A stretch of DNA of 64,000 bases, taken from NCBI RefSeq assembly GCF_006345805.1, contig NC_042999.1, forward strand, positions 106,268,001 to 106,332,000, in the 5' to 3' direction. Origin of the DNA: Octopus sinensis. Lineage: Eukaryota. The notes under the pieces were generated by a model. It worked only from the letters and a program-made list of their open reading frames with translations. It was not told the DNA's origin and did no database searches. A program made the position numbers and the translations under genes. Numbering within the stretch: position 1 is the stretch's first letter; each line of letters opens with the position of its first letter. Below are positions 13,594 through 24,659 of the stretch, one piece after another.

Positions 13594-15206
13594 TATACTA
13601 TGTATGTATGTATGTTCAAATGAATGTATGTATAAGCATGTATATATGTTATACGAGGATTTGCCACAGTGGAGAGATAGGAATATAACATTGGATAAAG
13701 ACAATAACTAACAGGTTTTGAGATTAATGAAGGAAAATAATAAAGACAATAATGAAAAGAAATGAAGAAGTGAGGGGAGTTAAAATACGGTAAAACAAAC
13801 TAAAACGTAAAGTTAAAGAAAATGAAACAGAGAGTAAATTTGAAAGATGTTCTGCAACAAAAAGGCGATAGAACTGTGAAGTTTCGATGAGGAAAGCCAA
13901 GAAGTAAAACAGGAAAGGAGAGAACAAGATATTGGAATAAAAGGAAAGACAATTATAGGAAACCGCTGTTGTTGTAAACTGTTGTTGTAAACGTGCAATT
14001 TTGAATGTTTTGTTCTTGTTATATTTGTTGTTATTCGTATTGATATTGACCCTTTCAAAAACCTAGTTGAAATATGGGAAAACTAAAGGTTGGTATAAGA
14101 AAGAATGAAGAGAGGGGAAAAGTGTGTGTTACAGCGAGAAAGATAAATATAGGGACTATATATTGCAGATTAGAGTTCAAGTGTCAGTTATAAATCTAAA
14201 TGATCAAAGATGGTGTAACGTATGTTTACAGACGGAGAAGAAGGCCTCAATAGCAAAGCTTATCGTTAACAGTTAATCAAAGTGTCTCTAGCTCCATTGA
14301 TGAATTATTAGTTCTACTGGCAACAGCCATATATCAAATACAAATGTTTCCAAAGATATTCCATGCATCTTTTATATTTTTTTAGAATTATATCGAGCAA
14401 TAAATTAACTAACTATCATGACGTATATATTCAGATGACTTCCGAACGAATATAATTAATTAATGATACAAATAAAGGAGTTATAATGAGGATCAAACAA
14501 ATAATTTATCATATTTGAGAAGAGATGCCGACTACGACCAACGATTATAACATGTAGTCAAGGTCATGCCAAATAATTGATATTTCTTTTTAGGGCATGG
14601 CAATAGTTTAGAGCAAATAGCTTCAAATTCTATGCAAATGAATTTTTTTCCAACTCAAGTATCTTCTAGACGATGTTCAATATAATCTATTCCTACCCAT
14701 TAAATACACGACCCCTGCAGCATTGTCAGTCAGTCTCTTATGCAACTGTTACAATGGAGTATGCTCGTAGGAACTTAGGCTATGTGATATCACTAACACT
14801 ACCCCAATCCCCACAATCCTGGTAATCGAGTGACAGGTCTTCTATGAGGTCACTCGAATTTGAGAAAACGCAACTATATATATATATATATATATATACG
14901 TGGTTTCGGTCGTTTTGACTGTTTCTTCTAGCTTGTAAAATTACCTGTTAAAGGTAATATCTCTTATATTGAGAATATGTTTTCTATTGACGTTTTATAC
15001 GTACTAGGCCACTGGCAGGGAATTTTTTATAAATATTAGCTTCCCTATATATTGTACGTATTTGATTTTAGCTTTTCGAAGATTGGTTCGGCATTTTTCA
15101 TTTACTGCCGACTGAAACTGCGCTTGCGCGGTGAATTGGAAAAATTATAACATATAATGATGAGACACGTGTTACTTGTCTCTAAATTATATGTTAATGT
15201 TATGAC

Positions 15207-15279
15207 ACGGTTACTGATGAGAATTTCGCCTGGCAAATTATTTTATTTGCTAAAAAATTTGAAACCTAGGTATAACCGT
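15207..15279 (+). ncRNA. Type I hammerhead ribozyme, copy 1 (cleavage after GUA at 15272)
   Basis: Stem I ACGGTTA/TAACCGT (7 bp perfect); core CTGATGA 15214-15220; stem II GAATTT/AAATTT with inner TGGCAAAT/ATTTGCTA hairpin; GAAA 15261-15264; palindromic stem III ACCTAGGT. Confidence 0.88.
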
Positions 15280-15638
15280 AAAAGCATAACAAGGTAAAAG
15301 TTTTTATTTTTCATTCTCTTCGAATTTGCTATTAAATGTGGTTTCAGTTGTTTTGACTGCTTCTTCTACTGTGTAAAATTACCTGTTAAAGGTAATATCT
15401 CTTATATTGAGAATATGTTTTCTATTGACGTTTTATAGGTACTAGGCCACTGGCAGGGAATTTTTTATAAATATTAGCTTCCCTATATATTGTACGTATT
15501 TGATTTTAGCTTTTCGAAGATTGGTTCGGCATTTTTCATTTACTGTCGACTGAAACTGCGCGGTGAATTTGAAAAATTATAACATATAATGATGAGACAC
15601 GTATTATTTGTCTCTAAATTATATGTTAATGTTATGGC

Positions 15639-15713
15639 GCGATTACTGATGAGAATTTCGCCTGGCAAATTAATTTATTTGCTAAAAAAAGTTTGAAATC
15701 TAGGTATAACCGT
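15639..15713 (+). ncRNA. Type I hammerhead ribozyme, copy 2 (variant; cleavage after 15706)
   Basis: GCGATTA-CTGATGA ... GAAA-TCTAGG-TA-TAACCGT. Core intact, one stem I mismatch, and the stem III palindrome is altered. Confidence 0.75.
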
Positions 15714-16079
15714 AAAAAAATAACAAGGTAAAAGTTTTTTATTTTTCATTTTCTTCGAAATTGCTCTTAAATGTGGGTTCGGTTGTTTTGACTACTTCTT
15801 CTAGTATGTAAAATTACCTGTTAAAGGTAATATCTCTTATATTGAGAATATGTTTTCTATTGACGTTTTATAGGTACTAGGCCACTGGCAGGGAATTTTT
15901 TATAAATATTAGCTTCCCTATATATTGTACGTATTTGATTTTAGCTTTTCGAAGATTGGTTCGGCATTTTTCATTTACTGCCGACTGAAACTGCGCTTGC
16001 GCGGTGAATTGGAAAAATTATAACATATAATGATGAGACACGTGTTACTTGTCTCTAAATTATATGTTAATGTTATGGC

Positions 16080-16153
16080 ACGGTTACTGATGAGAATTTC
16101 GCCTGGCAAATTATTTTATTTGCTAAAAAAATTTGAAACCTAGGTATAACCGT
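16080..16153 (+). ncRNA. Type I hammerhead ribozyme, copy 3 (cleavage after 16146)
   Basis: ACGGTTA-CTGATGA (16087-16093) ... GAAA (16135-16138)-CCTAGG-TA-TAACCGT. Confidence 0.88.
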
Positions 16154-16302
16154 AAAAGCATAACAAGGTAAAAGTTTTTATTTTTCATTCTCTTCGAATT
16201 TGCTATTAAATGTGGTTTCAGTTGTTTTGACTGCTTCTTCTACTGTGTAAAATTACCTGTTAAAGGTAAGTTCTCTTGTTCTTGAATGTACACTATTTTA
16301 TA

Positions 16303-16335
<33 letters not shown>

Positions 16336-16342
16336 CTATATA

Positions 16343-16378
<36 letters not shown>

Positions 16379-16620
16379 TGTATGTATGTATGTATGTATG
16401 TATGTATTACATGGAGAAATGCGAGCATGAAAAGTAATATTCTTATGATTATGAACCTGGTAAAGTACAAGACAACTGATTACACCTGTAAAAGTATAGG
16501 ATAAATTATTACTTCAAGTAAAGCAAAGAAGAAGCATTTTACTTACAATATTGCAGCAAATAATGCCAGTTCTTCTAATTTATCACTCTTTACAGTTCTC
16601 ATCTTTTAAATTTATTGTAA

Positions 16621-16727
16621 AAAGGAAAGTCGACCTCGACGGAATTTGAACTCGAAATGCAGACACAGGCGAAATAACGCTAAATATTTCGCCCGGTGCG
16701 CTAATGTCTCTGCCAGCTGGCTGCCTT
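16621..16727 (-). mobile_element. 5' part of an abundant Octopus-type tRNA-derived SINE
   Basis: GTCGACCTCGACGGAATTTGAACTC and CTGCCAGCTGGCTGCC; the minus strand contains a B-box GAGTTCAAATTCC. Homologous to the copies at 21498 and 35885. Confidence 0.85.
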
Positions 16728-17188
16728 AGCGCGTATGTTTTCATTTTAGCAATATATTCTTTATCCTTATTGCTAAGCGTTACTCACTTTCATACTTACA
16801 CGAAATTTCGTCGTATTTCACCCAATAATTTTTCTTCTACTAACTTTTGTTCAATGTGACTGACGACTCTGAATTCCTCATACATTTTTCTATCATTTAA
16901 GCCAAAGAAAAGTATACTTTTATTTTAAAATTAAAAGGTTTGTTTTAATTAAAGGTGAATAGGGCATTACTGGCCCCCTTGAGGTCGCAGAAATTTTGAT
17001 GTAACTTTTTTCTACTGAACGAAATCTCAAACTATTTGTGCCAAAGTCTAGCTGAAGAGGTGTACTCTTTAATACTGTTAACAGTTGGCAATTTAGTTGA
17101 AAACCGAATTATTGGGGAAGCTGCTGCGATTGACGAAATGGTGGATTTAAGAATATATTCAACTACTACCGTGGTGGAATAATATATA

Positions 17189-17232
<44 letters not shown>

Positions 17233-17381
17233 AATATAAGAGAGTGGTCACTATATGGCTCACTCTAGCACCAGTTAATCCAAAAGGTTTCAACCACAAA
17301 AATACATGTTTCCCATGAAAGTCAGTACGATTGTTAGCTCACACGGACAGGGCAAATAAAAAATAACAAAAATACAGATTA

Positions 17382-17463
17382 TTTTGGGACAATTGTTTCG
17401 CTATTAATGAATTAAATGTAATTTTACTTACAAAAAAATCCACTTGTAGCTCGTCAGCCAAAA
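17382..17463 (-). ncRNA. Type I hammerhead ribozyme (antisense copy)
   Basis: Minus strand reads TTTTGG-CTGACGA-GCTA...TAGC-GAAA-CAATTG-TC-CCAAAA. Confidence 0.92.
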
Positions 17464-18007
17464 CTATCTGGATGAAATCCACTCAATCACACGTCAGATT
17501 TTACCATAACGATAAATTCATTAATTCATTAATAGCGAAACAATTGTCCCAAAATAATCTGTATTTTTGTTATTTTTTATTTGCCCTGTCCGTGTGAGCT
17601 AACAATCGTACTGACTTTCATGGGAAACATGTATTTTTGTGGTTGAAACCTTTTGGATTAACTGGTGCTAGAGTGAGCCATATAGTGACCACTCTCTTAT
17701 ATTTATTTTGTAAAAATATTATAATATATTTTAAAATATTATAATAATCCAGGTTTCTCGGAGCACTAGGCCACTTGGTGTTGAATAGATATACTATTAA
17801 ATTAGTATCTAATTCTCTCACCCTTATTAATTAATTATAATTATGCTGCATTTATTTCTAAATGCTGTATTTGTTTTCCGTGAGAGTTTGGCGCGCTGTT
17901 AGTTGGGGCATTTGAATTATAACGTCGGATGTAATCAATTGAACCACACGCGTATTTATCGTTATGGTAAAATCTGGCGTGTGATTGAGTGGATTTCATC
18001 CAGATAG

Positions 18008-18089
18008 TTTTGGCTGACGAGCTACAAGTGGATTTTTTTGTAAGTAAAATTACATTTAATTCATTAATAGCGAAACAATTGTCCCAAAA
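18008..18089 (+). ncRNA. Type I hammerhead ribozyme (canonical GUC; cleavage after 18083)
   Basis: Stem I TTTTGG/CCAAAA; CTGACGA 18014-18020; stem II GCTA/TAGC with G-C closing pair; GAAA 18072-18075; palindromic stem III ACAATTGT. Confidence 0.93.
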
Positions 18090-18548
18090 GAATCTGTATT
18101 TTTGTTATTTTTTATTTGCCCTGTCCGTGTGAGCTAACAATCGTACTGACTTTCATGGGAAACATGTATTTTTGTGGTTGAAACCTTTTGGATTAACTGG
18201 TGCTAGAGTGAGCCATATAGTGACCACTCTCTTATATTTATTTTGTAAAAATATTATAATATATTATAAAATATTATAATAATCCAGGTTTCTCGGAGCA
18301 CTAGGCCACTTGGTGTTGAATAGATATACTATTAAATTAGTATCTAATTCTCTCACCCTTATTAATTAATTATATATATATATATATATATAAACTTCAT
18401 AAAAGGAAATGGAGAGGAAAAGAATAATAGTTGCTTAGATCATTTTATTTCTATCACGATAGACAAGTAATGCAAAGTAAAAGAGATAGCTATATGAATT
18501 ACTATAAAAGGACCGTATCAACAAAACAAGAAAAACATTATCCGAAAA

Positions 18549-18649
18549 AATCCTACACATATTTCAATCCGACTATATATTTTAATCATTAATATTCTAA
18601 CTTTTATAAATGTAATAACACATATATTGCCGGTTATCTTCAGGGAAAA
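18549..18649 (-). ncRNA. Degenerate hammerhead ribozyme in the left PLE arm
   Basis: TTTTCC-CTGAAGA-TAACCGGC...GTCGGATT-GAAA-TATGTG-TA-GGATT. Confidence 0.5.
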
Positions 18650-19215
18650 GTAAATATATTTTTCCGCTCTTGAATTACGAAATAACTCATTTGGGGACTA
18701 TGATTAGAAATTTTCAAAAGTGAACGGCAACTTATTTGGATACAGAGTTCATGTTATTAGAAATTGATCGTTTAAATTTAGTTAATATTGAACTTGGGAA
18801 TGTTGCTAAAACATCAAATGCATTTGAAAAATATATTTTTAATTATTTTTATAATATATATTTATAAAAGTTTATGGGAGGAAGACAAATGTAACATATC
18901 ATGAATTATGTAATGTACAAAGAATTAGATTAAGAAATGTTAATAAACAAGGGATGAAGAGTTTGTTTATATCATACTACGATAAAGTTTTTTAGAAGTA
19001 CTACAGAGAAATATATTTATATTTATAAATGTATATGTGAAGGAGATGGGATAAATAGAAATATAGCTGATCATGAGGGGTATAATATACAAAGGATTAG
19101 ATTAAGAAATGTTTATAAAGAAGGAATATAAAGTTTGTTTATATTATACCACGATGATGTTTTTTAGATATACTAAACAGACGTATTATAATATTGGTAT
19201 TATTTAAGATTAAAT

Positions 19216-19460
19216 GTGGAAGCGCGTGGCTTAGTGATTAGGGCGTCAGCATCATGATCATATGATTGTGGTTTCGATTCCTGGACCGGGTGACTCGTTG
19301 TGTTCTTGAGCAAAGCACTTCATTTCACGTTGCTCCAGCCCACTCAGCTGGCAAAAATGAGTAACGGTGCCATGAACCGACGTCCCGTCCAGCTGGGGAA
19401 CACATACGCCATTGAAACCGGGAAACCGGGCCCATGAGACTGGCTAGGCTTGAAAAGGGC
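19216..19460 (+). mobile_element. tRNA-derived CORE-type SINE inserted at the PLE arm/interior junction
   Basis: A-box TGGCTTAGTGATTAGG, B-box GGTTTCGATTCC and CORE-like TGTGTTCTTGAGCAAAGCACTTCATTTCAC. Confidence 0.88.
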
Positions 19461-19504
19461 GCTTTTATTTTGTTTTGGAATAAATGGGTTAGGATATAAT
19501 TTCT

Positions 19505-19633
19505 GGTGTTCGGCAAAAGAGACCGATAAAATAAGTACTAGGTTTACATAGAATAAGTCTTGGAGTCGATTTGCTCGACTACAGGCAGTGTTCCAGCATG
19601 GCCACAGTCAAATTACTGAAACAAGTAAAAGAG
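19505..19633 (+). mobile_element. 3' fragment of an Octopus-type SINE
   Basis: GAGACCGATAAAATAAGTACTAGG...GGAGTCGATTTGCTCGACTA...CCAGCATGGCCACAGTC...GAAACAAGTAAAAGA. Confidence 0.75.
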
Positions 19634-21090
19634 TATAGAATAATTAGCATTTGTAATACCATCGGCATATTTTTCGGTAACGCTATTTCTTATTAGGCGC
19701 ATAATAATAACCAATAATTTCATTCCTATAACCCTGAATTAACCCTTAATATTAATATCATTTTTTTATTCTCATTTTTATTTTAATCTTTATACTGAAT
19801 CCGATACTAACTTATCGTAATACCAAAATACATAATATCACAACCATTGTTAAACCCATCTTACTTATACTCCATTTAACTCACCTATATCCAATTTTTA
19901 CCTAAACTTGACATCATCCCTAACTATATTATCTATTTACTCTTAAATCTATGCAATGCTATCATCTTCTTAGTAAATGCAATTGTTTTTTACTCTCTAT
20001 ATATTTATTCATTGAAATTATAAATTGTATATTAGTTTTCCGCAACAAATTATATACTCAACCACTTAAATTTTTTAATATTTAGGACACCCATATAAAA
20101 GACATTTTTCATAATTGATAATAGTGTACTTATTTATTAAAACAAACATTATATAAGTATAAATTTAATCTATTGATCTCTTCATCTTCATAATTTACCA
20201 TGCTGTCAATCTATAATGCCTATCTCGTTGTTATATAGAATATATATGTGATAGAATATACATTAAACAAAACCCAAATTTATATATGTTTTAATACAAC
20301 CACTATCTTTACATAAATGCTGTAAATTATAAAATCTTATATTTCAACATTAACGACTGTTGATACGTTTAATATATTTCAATAAATATAAATATGAGAC
20401 TTAAAACTACAGATGCATATTTATATCCATAATATCCCTGAAACTTATAGACATATTTCTCTAGTAAAAGAGATATTTTTGCATTATTATGGAATAAAAC
20501 TAACATGTTTAACCATGCGAAAAAAGGAGGATTACTAGTTACTCTCATTTTGATATAGGGAAATAATACTGTGACACCGGTTTTAATTTCTCTCGCATCA
20601 TCTAAGTGAGTACAAAATAGTTTCTTTTACATATCTAATATTTTTTCTGTGAACGCCGGAAATGATATCCTAGACCGTATAATCTAAAATAATGCCAATA
20701 TTATAATGTCTCTCTGTCGTACGTCTAGAAAAACATTATCGGAGTATGATATAAACAAACTCTTCATCCCTTTTTTATTAACATTTCTTAATATAATTCT
20801 TTGTATATTACACTCCTCATAATAAGTTACTTTTGTCTTTCTCCCATCTTCTGCCCATAAACTTTTATAAATATATTATAAATATAATTATAAACATAAT
20901 TAAAAATATATTTTTCAAATGCATTTGATGTTATAGTAACATTCCACGTTCAATATTAACTGAATTTAAACGATCAATTTCTAATCACATGAAATCTGCA
21001 TCCAAATAAGTTGTTGTTTACGTTTGAAAATTTCGAAACATAGTTCTCAAATGAGTTATTTCGTAATTCAAGACCAGAAACTATACTTAC

Positions 21091-21191
21091 TTTTCCCTGA
21101 AGCTAACCGGCAATATATGTTATATTACTGATATGATATTTAGAATGTTGATGATTCAAACATACTGTCGGATTGAAAAATACGTAGGAGG
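21091..21191 (+). ncRNA. Degenerate hammerhead ribozyme in the right PLE arm
   Basis: TTTTCC-CTGAAGC (A9 mutated)-TAACCGGC...GTCGGATT-GAAA-AATACG-TA-GGAGG. Confidence 0.45.
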
Positions 21192-21462
21192 TTTTCGGTT
21201 ATTTTTTGCTTGTTTTGTTGATACGGTCCTTTTATACGGTCCTTTTATAATAATTCTTACAGGTATCTCTTTTACTTTGCATTACTTTTCCATCGTGATA
21301 GAAATGAAATGAAATTTCCTCTTATGAAGTTTATAATTTATGAGACAGTTGATACATATATATTGAGGAACTTCATTTCAGTATATTTGATAAAGCCAAT
21401 TGGTATCTTGATCGTTATTTAGATTCCCTTAGAGTGAAATTGCATCCTCAAATTGTGAATGA

Positions 21463-21497
<35 letters not shown>

Positions 21498-21498
<1 letters not shown>

Positions 21499-21699
21499 GG
21501 GCGAAACGCTTAGCGGTGTTTCATCTGACGTTACGTTCCGAGTTCAATTTTCGCCGACGTCAACTTTGCCTTTCATCTTTTTGGAGTCGATTAAATAAGT
21601 ACCAGTTACTCACTGGAGCCGATGAAATCGACTTAATCCCTTCACCTGTCCTTGTTTGTCCCCTCTAGGTTTAGCCCCTATGGGCAATAAAAAATAAAC

Positions 21700-21700
<1 letters not shown>
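21498..21700 (+). mobile_element. 5'-truncated Octopus-type tRNA SINE
   Basis: CGGGCGAAACGCTTAGCGG...GAGTTCAATTTTCGCCGACGTCAACTTTGCCTTTCATC...AAGTACCAG...CAATAAAAAATAA. Confidence 0.88.
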
Positions 21701-21740
<40 letters not shown>

Positions 21741-24622
21741 TTATATGTGTATGTATAGATATATATAAACATATATATATTCTTATATATATCCTTATAT
21801 ATCTTCCTATATATTCCTATTATATATATGTGCATGTGTGTGTATTTACATATAGATATGCATATATATGTATGTTTGTATATATACATATATACATATG
21901 TACATATTTGTTTTCATCATCTTGAGCAGCGCCAGTACCATCATCATCATTATCATCATTAAAACCCTCATCATCATCCTCCTCATAGTTTTAACATATT
22001 TTGGACAAGTCCATCATCCAGATATTATTTATCTCCTTTCTACGCTTTTGCCTCATCTTGAAATTCAACTTTCCGATGCCTTTCTTGGGTATATTCTGCT
22101 GCAGGTCATTCTTCCTGCTTTGCATTCGCTTTCTTTTCACGTAACTGCTGTTATCTATTTGCTTGATATGTCAAAACTAGTTAAAATGCTTTCTTGTTGT
22201 GTCACTGCATCTTCCTTTCAATAAATAATCTATATCCTGCAACAATTTGCAGTTCGTACAGGAGATTAGTAAGCAAATGGAAATACATATAAAAGAAAAA
22301 CGACAGTATTGTTTCGTTTTGGCAATATACTCGAGAAACCGAACTATTAGAATGCACCTTCTAACAGCAAGAGAGATCTTTACTTTAATTATCTTTTAAC
22401 TAAAGTACTCTAGACAGATAAAATTTAGATTTATTTTATTCTTAGCATTTAGATTACTTTATAAACGAAATAAAGAAGCTGATCCGTCAGGTTATTGTAA
22501 CAGGCAATAATTCATGTTGATTTACTAATAATATAATATGGCCTCTGAAGTATTTCAACCCACAACAATTTAACAATATAATCATAATGCTTCTTCTCAC
22601 AATGCTCAAGATGTTGAGATAGAAAAGGAAGATATTCATTAAATCTAGCATTTAAATTATTGATAACTCATTTTTGTCTGTAAGGAAGCTACGGGTTCTT
22701 TATTATTCATCATACATGACTTTGCTTAGATTATGGTAAATGTTATTAACTAGCATTCTGTTCTGGAAGAAATTTGGCTTTAAAATTCTCTTAATGTTTG
22801 AAGTTGAATAGATTTTGTGATCGATTAACACAGACATTAAATGTTTAAGCAGGTTAAAATAATTGTTACTTTAAAGAGATCAATAGCTCACATGATACAG
22901 AATATATTTCGATGGGTGAAGACGTTGCTGATAAGACTCGAGACATCTTTACAACATAGAAACATAAGTTTAAGCCCAGTTGATTGATAACATTTGACTT
23001 TACTTGGAATTCTTCTTATCTGCTTGTAAAATTTAGTTAGACGATATATTGATCTCTTTTCACTAGCAACAACCAACTTTAATAAAAATGCAGATGATTG
23101 CACCAACCGTCGAACATGACACGTACTAAAGCAAGTCTACTCTGGTAGAATTTTAACTAAAAAGTTATGGTAAATAGCGTATTACATTTAGTAGATTACA
23201 CTACACAACCTTATGTAGTCACTGCCATCGTCTGCGTTAAAATATATTTTTTTAATCAAATGATTGGTATTGGTAGAAAGTAGGGAATGTTAGCAAATTT
23301 GCCAAGTCACGTAAGAAAAAAAAAACATTTGATGCTTATTCGTTTTTAATTCCAGCGTCGCGTTAAAATACCATTGGGATCGATCTAACATGTTATTGTT
23401 CCATCATGAATGGCATTGTTATAGGCCATGTATTGGGTTTAATATATTCGACGATACCTCTCATGTGACATGAAAATAAAATGAAGTTTTAATAGTATCT
23501 ATATGAGGTTATTGTTTTAAACTATGATTAATATTGTGTGTAATTTGCTACTATTCAAATAAGTAGAAAATCAATCAATTTTTATCACATTTAGTTGGTG
23601 TAAACTAAAATTCTATCAGATACATATCGTATCACATCGATGTAAACTACTCTGTGAAAAAATGTAAGTATACATTTTAGAGAGAAGTTGTTATGTTTTT
23701 AATTATAAACATATATTTGCAAATAAGTACACATTAAAAGTGCCATATTAAATATGTTATAGACTATACGATCTATCCGTCTACTTATTCATCATTCTTC
23801 TAAAACTATTTGTTTGGATTTATATTTTGTTTCAATAGCATTTTTAGATTAGTAGTTAATAGTTTATGAATTGCGCTCTAGGAAAGGGAGGTACTTGTAT
23901 GGAAAAATATAATGCATTTAGCATAAAAGTATTCACACTATCGAATGTGTGAATAAGAAAATTCAAACGTTCTGTAATGTAATCTGTAGGACACAGCAAC
24001 AGAGACAAGGTGTGAGCTACTCTTGTTTTTCTATTTTAAATTCCTTATCACAGTACCTAATAGTAGAATTTACGATAAAACAGCAAGCGTTAATTTATGT
24101 TTTGTATTGGTTCGGTCAGTATTTTATAAACTAATACCAAGTATTAATATAAAAATGAAAGGCCAAACAAAGAAATATTTGTATACATATTAATGCAGGC
24201 TGAATTTAAGAAATGACATTCCCGTTTAAGTCAACAGTCACAAATATTAAATTGTTAGTCTTCAAATTGTGCATGCATTTTTTCTTTTGTCAATTTAATT
24301 ACATTTGAAATTCCATTCAAATTACATATAACTTTTGCAGGGATATATAATATATAAATGGCAGTCTATATATTCATTGACCGCATTCACCAAATATATT
24401 TTACATATGGGAGGTAGTTTCTGTATAAATTAATGATTTTTACTGTGCCATATGAATTTAGTACGTCTCCACTATAGATAAAAGAGAATTATACAACAGT
24501 TACAACAGGTATTTTCCACATGATGAGTTCGTTCCAAAACAGAGAACGAATAAAAATGTTGATTGTAGGGATTTATTAGTAACTAGTAATATTTACTGAA
24601 ATCGACAAAAAGTGACTGGGGA

Positions 24623-24659
24623 TTTCCGACGTTTCAAACAGAGTCCTTCTGCAGGAAAA
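24623..24659 (-). ncRNA. Minimal PLE-type hammerhead remnant
   Basis: TTTTC-CTGCAGA (A6 to C)-AGGAC-TCT-GTTT-GAAA-CG-TC-GGAAA; a purine-rich tract follows on the + strand (24660-24960). Confidence 0.65.

Larger units (their letters stand above)
14900..16268 (+). mobile_element. Tandem array of about 438-bp monomers (3 units plus 57 bp), each with a hammerhead ribozyme; retrozyme-like
   Basis: Unit starts at 14900, 15338, 15773 and 16212. (TA)n lies directly on the left and about 30 bp from the right end. One HHR per unit. Confidence 0.9.
17227..18374. mobile_element. 535-bp-period hammerhead-containing repeat with a 5' inverted segment; retrozyme-like
   Basis: 17521-17839 is repeated at 18056-18374 (period 535). 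17227-17517 is the reverse complement of about 17954-18244. (TA)n on both sides. Confidence 0.9.
18389..21335 (-). mobile_element. Decayed Penelope-like element with inverted pseudo-LTR arms (18389-19212 and 20680-21335)
   Basis: The arms are clearly homologous inverted copies (termini TATAAACTTCATAA and TTATGAAGTTTATA). Each holds an HHR-like motif. The minus-strand interior has weak GIY-YIG-like remnants (YNLQHLCKDSGCIKTYINLG; frameshifted NWI..ELNGV..DGFN). Confidence 0.6.

Noticed and set aside
14828-14858. CGAGTGAC/GTCACTCG hairpin upstream of the 438-bp array as a possible HHR stem II
   Set aside because: No CUGANGA core, no stem I and no UH site.
16850-17110. CTGACGA (about 16860) and CTGAAGA (about 17052) with downstream GAAA
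   Set aside because: Stems I and II cannot be paired convincingly.
14900-18374. CRISPR array or plain satellite interpretation of the repeats
   Set aside because: Eukaryotic context, long monomers without unique spacers; the embedded HHRs explain the repeats better.
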